Of a stretch of 64,000 nucleotides of DNA, positions 1 through 8,721 are shown piece after piece; the stretch's first letter is position 1; each line of letters begins with the position of its first letter. Origin of the DNA: an uncultured virus (IMG/VR IMGVR_UViG_3300027406_000071). Lineage: Duplodnaviria > Heunggongvirae > Uroviricota > Caudoviricetes. The notes beneath the pieces were generated by a model. It was given only the letters and a program-made list of their open reading frames with translations, ran no database searches and was not told the DNA's origin. Made by a program: the position numbers and the translations under genes. Where the stretch lies: IMG/VR virus record IMGVR_UViG_3300027406_000071; one strand, 5' to 3'.

Positions 1-10
1 CAGCCCAGAT

Positions 11-50
11 TTTGGGTTGTCAATTATTTCACGTATATTAGTAGTATAAT
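11..50 (+). promoter_or_regulatory. Class I (early, host-sigma-like) promoter TTTG-N19-TATATTAG within GTATATTAGTAGTATAAT
   Basis: The 18-mer at 33-50 recurs exactly at 29025-29042 and 61933-61950 upstream of genes; resembles the Bacteroidota -33 TTTG / -7 TAnnTTTG consensus. Confidence 0.7.
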
Positions 51-70
51 TAAAAGTCAAAAGTCAAAAT

Positions 71-1180
71 ATGTCAAAAACACAATTTACATTCAAAAAG
101 CAAAAAGGTGGAGCATTCGAGCTCTATGCACCTTCAACTAAAGAAACTATAATTGCCCGCGCTGATCACCCTAAATATGGTTGGTTAGAATCACAAGACG
201 CAGGTAGAGTTATCAATGTCTATACAGATGGTAAGATGACCTCAGCTAAGGATTACTATGGTCTTTACAAATCAGTGCCAACCAAAAAGGCAGCCAAGCT
301 TAAGATCAATCTAACTAAGTTGGACAATCTTAAATTCTCTGATGACCTGTTCGTCCCTCTTAAAACTAATACTTCAATTGATTCATTCCTAAGTAATGAT
401 GGAGGTTACATGCCTGGTTCTAACATCATGGCAGCAGGAGCACCAGGTGTTGGTAAAACTACTGTCCTTCTAGAGACACTATACTCAGTTCAAAAATCTG
501 ATCCTACTAAAAAGGTGCTCTTCATCTCGGCTGAAATGAATCAGCTTGACATGGCTCGTTATCTAAAACGTTTCCCACACTGGGGACAGCTGCCAATCCT
601 ATTCCTTTCTGACTATGTAGATGAGAATCCACAAGCAGTAATCGAGCAGACCTTGGCACAAGGTTGGGACTTAGTCTTAACTGACTCCTACACTGAGGTA
701 AATGACACTATTAAAGAGGCTTGTAACATGACTCGAGGTAAGACTGAAAAGTGGTTCCTAGACATGATGATCGCCAATAACCAAGGTAAAAACAAGCGTA
801 AGGTATACACTACCTTTATCACCATCCTACAGTTATCTAAAGGAGGTACATTTGTCGGCTCAAACAAACTAAAACACATGACCACTGCCATGTTAGAATT
901 ACAATGGAAAGGCTCTGAGAACTCAGCTGAAAGGTATATGGAATTCAGCAAAAACCGTCTAGGAGGAGTAGGTAACAAGTTATTCTTTGACTTTACCAAC
1001 GGAGTCACCTTTGATACCACTAGGTATAAGAGAGATCTACTTAACCAGGAGCTGATAGCTGAAGAAAAAGAGAAGCTAAAGCATGAAGAGGATGCATTTG
1101 ACCGCTTATTTGCTGCGGTTCCTAATGAATCTGAGCTCGACCCGGCGGATGAAGCTAACCTGGGCAGCCCATTAGCATAA
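71..1180 (+). CDS. RadA/Sms-like RecA-superfamily ATPase (no Zn finger or Lon-like tail)
   Basis: Walker A GAPGVGKT, ISAE motif, Walker B LVLTDS, KNRLG matching the RadA KNRFG motif. Confidence 0.8.
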   Translation: MSKTQFTFKKQKGGAFELYAPSTKETIIARADHPKYGWLESQDAGRVINVYTDGKMTSAKDYYGLYKSVPTKKAAKLKINLTKLDNLKFSDDLFVPLKTNTSIDSFLSNDGGYMPGSNIMAAGAPGVGKTTVLLETLYSVQKSDPTKKVLFISAEMNQLDMARYLKRFPHWGQLPILFLSDYVDENPQAVIEQTLAQGWDLVLTDSYTEVNDTIKEACNMTRGKTEKWFLDMMIANNQGKNKRKVYTTFITILQLSKGGTFVGSNKLKHMTTAMLELQWKGSENSAERYMEFSKNRLGGVGNKLFFDFTNGVTFDTTRYKRDLLNQELIAEEKEKLKHEEDAFDRLFAAVPNESELDPADEANLGSPLA

Positions 1181-1460
1181 AACCTAAACCCTGCCCGGCG
1201 GGTATCTGAAGTCCGGGTCTTTTAATTATACATTGGAGACTTAGTATACCTCCACCCAACGCCAGACCTGACTAGTCTGGTGTTCTGGGATGCTTAGGGG
1301 TAATTCGGAGTCATGTGGTGTGTGTATGTTCGCGCCCACGTTTAACTCATCTCTGGGAGCTCCTCATACTCAATGAACGATCTAATAACCAGTATATATC
1401 TGATCCCCTGGGGACTGACTGGGCTCTGGGTTGGCTTTAGAGTATGGGATTGATAAAGTT

Positions 1461-1496
1461 TACCACTTTTTACCACTTTTTACCACTTTCTACCAC
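1461..1496. repeat. Tandem direct repeat (TACCACTTTT) x3.6 in a 526-bp convergent intergenic region
   Basis: taccactttt taccactttt taccactttc taccac read directly. Confidence 0.9.
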
Positions 1497-1706
1497 CCTT
1501 GAGGGTCGGATGCCCTTGGAGCGTTGGATTGGTGGTTTACCAATTGTGTCTTGATTTCTGTCTTGCCCTTATAGAGATGTATAGGTATATGACTGTAGGG
1601 ATGATGAGGTATACTGGTTCCATATTATAGGTTTGATTTATTTGCCTTATAGTCCTTATATAGGTGTATTACTATCATTACTAGGCATATTATTATTGGG
1701 TAGAAG

Positions 1707-2162
1707 TTATTGTCCATGGAGCGTGCGAGTTTCAATTTGATTGGCTTGTTTAAATGCTTCCAGTTCCCATGGTCTTTTATGATATGGTGTTTCAAAAGAG
1801 TATTGAGTTTGATGCCATTGCCAGTGGGTTGCGTGCGTTTGTAGATGTTGACTAACCAACTGTTTTACATGGACCAATTCATGATGGGTAACCTTCCACC
1901 AGTCTCGTTTATGGAATCTATTTAGGTGAATTATATACCTGTCTTGATCTACTTGATATGTGAGTCCTTTTAGATTTGGGTGTGAGAATCCAAAATGAAA
2001 TAAGATCTTAACCTGTCTCCTTGGAATTGGTCTTTGTATACTGTCTTGTATGTATTGAATATGTGTTGGGTGGAGCGTGAAAGGTTGAGGTTCAAGAGGC
2101 TGGTTTGGTTGACTAAACCATATGCCAATACAAACTGTTATTACTCTAATCAAGTGCTCCAT
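1707..2162 (-). CDS. Putative zincin metallopeptidase with N-terminal hydrophobic segment
   Basis: HELVH (HExxH) followed by RPWELEA. Confidence 0.6.
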   Translation of the reverse strand: MEHLIRVITVCIGIWFSQPNQPLEPQPFTLHPTHIQYIQDSIQRPIPRRQVKILFHFGFSHPNLKGLTYQVDQDRYIIHLNRFHKRDWWKVTHHELVHVKQLVSQHLQTHATHWQWHQTQYSFETPYHKRPWELEAFKQANQIETRTLHGQ

Positions 2163-2183
2163 ATTTTATATATAGATGTTATT

Positions 2184-2321
2184 TTATTTAGGTCTTTTCT
2201 TATGCTTTTTCCAGAATTCTGAGCGCCAATCCCACCAGACCCCATCATCCATTCGTTTTAAGATTCTATTCATAATTAGGTATCCTAAAACCATGATTGC
2301 AATCATCTTAATTAGTAACAT
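2184..2321 (-). CDS. Small membrane protein
   Basis: 45-aa ORF filling the gap, one hydrophobic helix and basic tail; start moved to the ATG just after the upstream stop. Confidence 0.4.
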   Translation of the reverse strand: MLLIKMIAIMVLGYLIMNRILKRMDDGVWWDWRSEFWKKHKKRPK

Positions 2322-2322
2322 C

Positions 2323-3207
2323 TTACTGGATATTGTAATCTTCTGGTGTTGTGGGTTTTGTCCATCTTCTAAGATCTCCAACCCAATCTTCTAATCTATA
2401 TGGATGTTCCCAATGTGGAGGTTGAGGTATTCTAATTCTTGGTACTCTTAATCTATCACCATCTCTGGCTTCTACCCACTTTGTTTTCCTTTTTAGTTTT
2501 TGAACCACTTTTAATAGTGTTGTTTTATCTTCTGAATATAGTGCCCATTCCAGATTAATTGGTAGTAATTCGTGGCGAGCGCATGCTAATGCAATGGCTT
2601 CTACTCTTGTAAATATTCTTGCTTGAGTTCCTGGTTCTACAACTGTAATTGCTTCTTCATTCTTGATTTGTCTTTCCCATATACCTAAAACTGTTGCGTA
2701 TGGTCCATCAGTTATTTGTCCTGGTCCATATGCATTAAAGAAATAAAATATGTGTGTTTTTAGATCATTCCAAGTTTGGTGTTTTTTGATCAGTTGTACA
2801 TTTTGTTTCTTAAGCCAACTATATGGTGAGAGATCATGATCTTTTTGTCCTAAGTGAGATGACGATGCTGAGTATATTAATACTGCCTTGTTTTTAATTG
2901 CCAATCTTATTATTTGGCTTGTACCTTCCATACATGATGACTGTACTTTGTCGAAATCTTCATATGATTGGTATACTCGAGAATACTCTCCAAAATGGTA
3001 GATAACATCAAATTTAAATCTTGATAATGTACGCATAGCACATTGAGTTTGTCCTTCAACATACTGTACTCCTTCTATATGATTTGATTTTTGACCAGTA
3101 GAATAATCGTCTAATGAAACGATTTTTGCATGTGGTGTATTATTTAAAATACTTTTAATTAAATGTGTTCCTACAAACCCTGCACCTCCAGTTACTAATG
3201 TATACAT
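2323..3207 (-). CDS. NAD-dependent sugar epimerase/dehydratase (extended SDR)
   Basis: VTGGAGFVG, YSWLK (YxxxK), FFNAYGP. Confidence 0.9.
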   Translation of the reverse strand: MYTLVTGGAGFVGTHLIKSILNNTPHAKIVSLDDYSTGQKSNHIEGVQYVEGQTQCAMRTLSRFKFDVIYHFGEYSRVYQSYEDFDKVQSSCMEGTSQIIRLAIKNKAVLIYSASSSHLGQKDHDLSPYSWLKKQNVQLIKKHQTWNDLKTHIFYFFNAYGPGQITDGPYATVLGIWERQIKNEEAITVVEPGTQARIFTRVEAIALACARHELLPINLEWALYSEDKTTLLKVVQKLKRKTKWVEARDGDRLRVPRIRIPQPPHWEHPYRLEDWVGDLRRWTKPTTPEDYNIQ

Positions 3208-3208
3208 A

Positions 3209-3976
3209 TTATGACAACCACTCGTAATATTCCCTCCATCCTTGTTTAATCAAGGTGAATTTGTTTGGATTTTTTACGTAGGTTAAATCAAATATTTTTT
3301 CATCACTACCCATAAATCCGTCTTCTAAGCATAATGCTACTGTTTTTTCAATCTCACTTATATACCAATCTATTGTTTTAGATGGGCACACAAATGCAGT
3401 ACCTTGTATATTCCTAACTTGTGAAAAACTATGCCACTGAGGATCAGGAACTTCAAAGGGTACATTATGACTAAACTTAATTATTTTGTCTTCTAATCTT
3501 TCAATATTTGGCCAATTATCATTGACATCTACATCTTCTCTTATACCACCTGCATCTAACCATAATAAATGTGTAGCATCTGGACATAAATTCAAAGCTT
3601 CCTTTAAAAAGAACACTTTATTGAACATTATGATATTGTATAATGGATAGTTCATTTCAGGAACATGATCCCAGTGTCTTTTCTCTTTAAATGATTCACT
3701 GATCATTAATTCTGTTAATGGCTCATTCCATTTTTTATATGCTTCTAAATCTTCTATTTCATTTATAACATATTTAGTTATTTTGTTATCAGGATCCACA
3801 AGAGATCTCATTTCTCTAACACGTTCTTCAAATTTAGGTTGTGTAAAAATTACCATCTCACATTTTAACTTCAATGTGTTTGCCATCCATGTTAAATATG
3901 TATGATATGACATTGAATAATCCTTCCATTCGGAACGACCAATATCATATAATGCTGTAATTATTAGTGGTTTCAT
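3209..3976 (-). CDS. HtrL/YibB-family glycosyltransferase-like protein
   Basis: ITALYDIGR start, YNIIMFNKVFFLKEA, WLDAG, GSDE; start placed at MKPLII. Confidence 0.7.
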   Translation of the reverse strand: MKPLIITALYDIGRSEWKDYSMSYHTYLTWMANTLKLKCEMVIFTQPKFEERVREMRSLVDPDNKITKYVINEIEDLEAYKKWNEPLTELMISESFKEKRHWDHVPEMNYPLYNIIMFNKVFFLKEALNLCPDATHLLWLDAGGIREDVDVNDNWPNIERLEDKIIKFSHNVPFEVPDPQWHSFSQVRNIQGTAFVCPSKTIDWYISEIEKTVALCLEDGFMGSDEKIFDLTYVKNPNKFTLIKQGWREYYEWLS

Positions 3977-3987
3977 TTTATAATTGT

Positions 3988-4713
3988 TTAAATCCAAGAC
4001 CAATTTACTTGAATATTCTTATGTTTAATATTTATCTTATTTATATCGAAATGATCTGATTTACTTTGATTATTAAAAATAGTGTCTAATTTAAATCCAT
4101 CTCTATTCAATATAGTAGGCACAAATCCTTCTGAATAACCATGCTCTTTATTTATCAATAAATTAGTTAAATGTCTTAGACTTTTATTTGAAAATCTAAC
4201 TATTGGAAAGAATGATCCAAATAATTCATCTTTTTTATCAATATGATCGCCATCTCCAGGAAATCTATCAAACCATGCGATGTTACTATGTGTATTATCG
4301 TCTATTTCAGGTATATTTGATTGGTTTTTAACACCTTTATTCTTAAAAACATAATAAGAAATAAAATCTGCATCGTTATTTTCAAATGCCTTAAAGAATT
4401 CTGACCAATTATCACAAATTACGTCATCATCCATAAACCAATACCATTCTTCATTTGGATTGAGTATAAAATAGTAAGCCATTCTGAAATGTGCATAAAA
4501 CCAAATAATATTTTTATTTCCTTGTGAGTTCCAAAAGTGTTTTTTACTAACATCACCTTTAAAATTAAAAATATCTCTTACTTTTTGCTCATCATATTCA
4601 ATTCCAATAGGATATCTATCAGACAAATATTCAAAGTCAAAATCTACTGTTTTCCAATAAGAATCATAAGACCTAAAAGTGTTATCACATGTACAAACTA
4701 TCTTTTTAGACAT
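3988..4713 (-). CDS. Putative GT-A glycosyltransferase
   Basis: WYWFMDDDV DxD motif, FFPIVRFS, SEGFVPT; lies in GT cluster. Confidence 0.65.
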   Translation of the reverse strand: MSKKIVCTCDNTFRSYDSYWKTVDFDFEYLSDRYPIGIEYDEQKVRDIFNFKGDVSKKHFWNSQGNKNIIWFYAHFRMAYYFILNPNEEWYWFMDDDVICDNWSEFFKAFENNDADFISYYVFKNKGVKNQSNIPEIDDNTHSNIAWFDRFPGDGDHIDKKDELFGSFFPIVRFSNKSLRHLTNLLINKEHGYSEGFVPTILNRDGFKLDTIFNNQSKSDHFDINKINIKHKNIQVNWSWI

Positions 4714-5524
4714 ATTTTTCTATAATTTTTACATCCCATTCAGGAATTCTATTATATTGGTGAGCTATTTTGTATAATCTATCATTAGAATCTACTAAAT
4801 GATTACCTTTAAGAACAGGCAATCCATATCTACTTTCAATTAATTTACCTAATCCCCATTCTATGTGTTGAAATGTTGGACCTGATAATGAACAATGTAT
4901 TACCCAACCATCATTTGGTTTAAAAATCTTACATTTTTCTATTTGATTCTTGTAAATTAAAATATTAAATGCAGCTTGATCTCTAATATCATGACCATGT
5001 AATGCTCCATCAACTAATTTTTGTTGCATTCTTAGTGTTTTTACTAGAGAATCTTTTTTACCTCCCATTACTCCACTACATACAACTTCAAATGGTTTTA
5101 TAAAGTCATGTTCTTCTGGAAATGCCTTAGTCATAACATCCATGTTCCATGGCTCTTCTCTGTGGAATATACCTTCAGATGCTGCAAAGAAATCATAAGA
5201 ATTAAAATCCATTAATTCAAATGGATCACCTTGAAAGCAAACATCAAAAACATCAGTGACCATAAAAACATCATAATCACTATTTTCTATCCAATTTGCT
5301 GTATGATTTAGCCTACTATCATTAATTGTTAAGTTTTGATCAGTTTTTACCTCAAAATACTTAATATTATTAGTTTCTAATGACACTTTGTCATCTTCAG
5401 ACATATCTGCCGCTATAAGGACCGCATCTCCATCAGTTTGTTCTTCAAAACTATGAGCCCAAACTTTTATTTTATCGATATTTTTAGCAACATTGTTACT
5501 AACACCAGTAAGTGCCTTCCTCAT
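4706..5524 (-). CDS. Putative GT-A glycosyltransferase (PLOD-GT/nucleotide-diphospho-sugar transferase-like)
   Basis: TDVFDVCFQGDPF, CSGVMGG, DQAAFN, HQYNR. Confidence 0.7.
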   Translation of the reverse strand: MRKALTGVSNNVAKNIDKIKVWAHSFEEQTDGDAVLIAADMSEDDKVSLETNNIKYFEVKTDQNLTINDSRLNHTANWIENSDYDVFMVTDVFDVCFQGDPFELMDFNSYDFFAASEGIFHREEPWNMDVMTKAFPEEHDFIKPFEVVCSGVMGGKKDSLVKTLRMQQKLVDGALHGHDIRDQAAFNILIYKNQIEKCKIFKPNDGWVIHCSLSGPTFQHIEWGLGKLIESRYGLPVLKGNHLVDSNDRLYKIAHQYNRIPEWDVKIIEKYV

Positions 5525-6771
5525 TATATAACTCTTTCTATTTTTTCACACCAACCTTTAGCTGTACTATATGGCCAAAATACCCATTTATATGGTTTTT
5601 CACCTTGATAATCTACAATAACATTGACCCATTCATCTCCAGAATCAAGTTTACTTTTAATTTCACCAGCATTTAAATCATTTCTATATACAGATGTTCC
5701 ATCTTCCTTTTCACATATAACAGCGACGAATTCATAATCTTTTTCTGTTAATTTGGATTTTGGTATATCTATAAATGTTTTAAACTTTGGTAGAAAACTA
5801 TTGTCGTAATCTAATGGTATTGGATTAGGTGATAGTAAATTATCTAATGTATGTTGTTGTACTCGTCTATCTTTTAATCTAATACCAGAGTGTTTTTCCC
5901 AATCTGCAATAGTTCTAACTCTTCCTAAACCATATTTATTAAATGTTTCCTCTTCTGAATCAAAGGATTCTCCATCGATACCTAATAATTTGCGAGTTTT
6001 CTCATGAGTTCTATGATTTCTTTTATGCCATTCTGGATCATCGTCCCATTGTTTAGTTCTACCTTTACGAGTATATTCATGCCAAGCAATTATTCTATGT
6101 GGGTGAAATAAATCATATCCATGCGTAAATGCTCTAATAGCAATAGTTATCTCTTCACCATGAAAGTAGAATTCAGGATCGTGTTGAACCTCAACTGCAA
6201 ACTTACCTAAAGTAAATGCAAAATGAGCAGAGTAAAATCTAGAGGATACTGGTTCTTTTAGATTTTGCCAATTAGGTATACTAGCAGGCAAAAAGAATAT
6301 AACACCTTCTGGTGTAAATCTATCAAAATTCATTAACCATGGTTGCTTTTGTCTGCCTTCAGGATCATTATCAGGTTGATATGAGGAAATATAACTTGTA
6401 AGTAATGGTTTTTCATGACCCTTAGCTTGTAAGTCTTTCAACATAGTAATTAATACTGTATCCCAGTTTTTAATAAATCGATGATGTGAATCTAATTGAA
6501 AGGTGTATGTTTCTCCTTTATATAATTGTTGTATGCTATTTCTAGCCCAACATGCTCCAGTAGAGTCTTTGTAATTTACATCTAAAATTCTAAATCTATC
6601 ATCATCTTTATATAGATCCATTGTATCCCATTCATCTTCTGGTGAATGTTGCCAACATATTCCAAATCTAAGTCGATCAGGATGTTCAGCATTTTCTATA
6701 CAATCTTTTAGAGTATTTAATAATTCAGGATCTCTATAGCTAGCTATCTGAATAAAAATGGTTTCTTCCAT
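5524..6771 (-). CDS. GT60-family polypeptide alpha-GlcNAc transferase-like protein (Pfam GlcNAc)
   Basis: IFIQIASYRDPE, GACWAR, QLDSHHRF (DSH), FHGEEI, FTHGYD, HEY. Confidence 0.85.
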   Translation of the reverse strand: MEETIFIQIASYRDPELLNTLKDCIENAEHPDRLRFGICWQHSPEDEWDTMDLYKDDDRFRILDVNYKDSTGACWARNSIQQLYKGETYTFQLDSHHRFIKNWDTVLITMLKDLQAKGHEKPLLTSYISSYQPDNDPEGRQKQPWLMNFDRFTPEGVIFFLPASIPNWQNLKEPVSSRFYSAHFAFTLGKFAVEVQHDPEFYFHGEEITIAIRAFTHGYDLFHPHRIIAWHEYTRKGRTKQWDDDPEWHKRNHRTHEKTRKLLGIDGESFDSEEETFNKYGLGRVRTIADWEKHSGIRLKDRRVQQHTLDNLLSPNPIPLDYDNSFLPKFKTFIDIPKSKLTEKDYEFVAVICEKEDGTSVYRNDLNAGEIKSKLDSGDEWVNVIVDYQGEKPYKWVFWPYSTAKGWCEKIERVI

Positions 6772-6835
6772 GTAATTATAACGTTAATTAGTAGTTATAT
6801 TATATATCAACGTTTTGTTTACATGTCCAATGAGA

Positions 6836-8377
6836 TTAGACTGGATCCTGTAATTTCCTATTATGTGTAATAATATTATTAGCGATATATGTATCATTCT
6901 CTTCAACATCTATTTTATAAGTATTGAAAGTTCCAGACATATCTTCGATTGAATTGATAATATGTTCTGTACCACTATCATCTATAAAGATATCGCCTTC
7001 TTTGATATTTATTGCTTGGGTAACCATCCATAAATTATCTCTTTTAATAATATGTAAATGTGCTACTGTTGATGTTAATAATCCTTGATTAAAGTTTAAA
7101 ACTCTAGTAACAGTATTTAATTCTATACCTACAATAGTTGTAGTTGTACTTGAAACTGATGGATCAGTTTCTTCCCATGTTAATAATTCAAGTACATTAT
7201 CAGTATTTGGCATATTACCTATGTTATTAGAAGCTAAAGTATCACCTATTTTTAATGTTTCTATTTGTGTAGACGTTCCATTAGGTAATTTAATTTGTGT
7301 TCCTTCTAATAAACATTCACCTCCACTGTCACATGCATCTCTCGTTACATTGCCAATCCATGTTTCGTAAAAACCAGTTCTTGTTCTTAAAATAGTCCAT
7401 GGTGATCCACTTTGGTAACTAGAACCAGTAAGTTCATATTTGCCTCCTATTACTAGTTGAGTATTAGATCTAGCTTTAACATTTGATTGTTCAGAATTAC
7501 ATGAACTCAATTCATATACATAATATGATGGTGTTGCAGTTGGTGGAACCGGCGTTGGCAACGGTGTTGGTTCTACAGGTCCTGAACCTCCACCTGAGTC
7601 TTTGTTTGGTGTTGGAACTGGTGTTGCAGTTGGAAATGGTATAGGTGTTGCTGTAGGTGGTGCAGCAGTTGGATTAGGTGTTGCAGTTGGATATGGTGTT
7701 GCAGTTGGTCTCGATGTTGGAACTGGTGTTGCAGTTGGTGTTGGAGAAGGTGGTGGTAATTCACATTCACTACCAACAAATATCGATCCGCTTCCACTAG
7801 TTTTTCTTACTGTACCATATTTAGCACAAACAATTCTTTGATCTCCAGATAAACCTGTCCAAGTACTAAATTGAGTTCCTCCTCCACATGCTATCCAAGC
7901 ATAAGTTGCAGTTGTTTCACCAGAACTAGGTACTAAAGTATAATATAGACAATCTGGTGTTTGAGTAGGTGAGGGTGTTGGAACTGGTGTTGCAGTTGGT
8001 ACTGGTGTTGCAGTTGGGTTAGGAGCATCATAAGAACATGGACCATCATTAGAACATGAACCACCTGAAGCTAATCTTTCAAAACCATCAATACCACTGA
8101 CGATTGCGTTATTATTAAAATCATATACATTTACTACTTCTTGTGAACATACAGAAACAACATAACCTTCCTGTCCAAAGCGCCATACATTTGCAGTACT
8201 TATTGCCATAGTAAGGCGTGTTGTTACATAATTTCCAGTTTCTATTGATTTGTAACGTATGCCGTACTTATTTTGATCTACTTCTATTGAAAACCATGAA
8301 TGCTGACAATTACCTGTTGGAATTGATGTCGCAGTTGGTGTTGGTGTTGGTTCAAAATCGCCAAATACTGTTATCAT
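6836..8377 (-). CDS. Pro/Thr-rich probable virion protein with C-terminal Hint (intein-like) domain
   Basis: PTATP repeats; Hint motifs CLLEGTQI, TVAH, YIANNIITHN (about 6860-7315). Confidence 0.8.
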   Translation of the reverse strand: MITVFGDFEPTPTPTATSIPTGNCQHSWFSIEVDQNKYGIRYKSIETGNYVTTRLTMAISTANVWRFGQEGYVVSVCSQEVVNVYDFNNNAIVSGIDGFERLASGGSCSNDGPCSYDAPNPTATPVPTATPVPTPSPTQTPDCLYYTLVPSSGETTATYAWIACGGGTQFSTWTGLSGDQRIVCAKYGTVRKTSGSGSIFVGSECELPPPSPTPTATPVPTSRPTATPYPTATPNPTAAPPTATPIPFPTATPVPTPNKDSGGGSGPVEPTPLPTPVPPTATPSYYVYELSSCNSEQSNVKARSNTQLVIGGKYELTGSSYQSGSPWTILRTRTGFYETWIGNVTRDACDSGGECLLEGTQIKLPNGTSTQIETLKIGDTLASNNIGNMPNTDNVLELLTWEETDPSVSSTTTTIVGIELNTVTRVLNFNQGLLTSTVAHLHIIKRDNLWMVTQAINIKEGDIFIDDSGTEHIINSIEDMSGTFNTYKIDVEENDTYIANNIITHNRKLQDPV

Positions 8378-8380
8378 AAT

Positions 8381-8698
8381 TTACTTATTTAATAATTTTA
8401 ATAGATCATCAAATACAATATAAAAAGCATATCCAGCTCCTTGATAACCATGATCTTCTTCTACAGTAAATAATTGTCTAAGTTTTTTAAGCTCCGCATT
8501 AATAGAATTTTCAATAGCCTTGCCTATTTCCATTGGATTGTCAATCTCTATTTGTTTATCTAATTCTTTGCTATTACTTGCCATTGTTATAAATCCACCT
8601 TTACCATATTGATATGTTAACCTATATCTAATAACGTGATCTCTAACTTGGACTTGTAAATTCTTCTCATTTAAAAAATCTTCAAATAATTTTACCAT
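8381..8698 (-). CDS. Hypothetical protein with capsid-targeting-like leader MVKLFEDFLNE
   Basis: Leader shared with several ORFs at 22.8-35 kb. Confidence 0.7.
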   Translation of the reverse strand: MVKLFEDFLNEKNLQVQVRDHVIRYRLTYQYGKGGFITMASNSKELDKQIEIDNPMEIGKAIENSINAELKKLRQLFTVEEDHGYQGAGYAFYIVFDDLLKLLNK

Positions 8699-8721
8699 GT
8701 TAATTATATATTCTATTTTTA

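Noticed and set aside
6860..7315. Mobile homing intein
   Set aside because: No endonuclease insert and no +1 nucleophile
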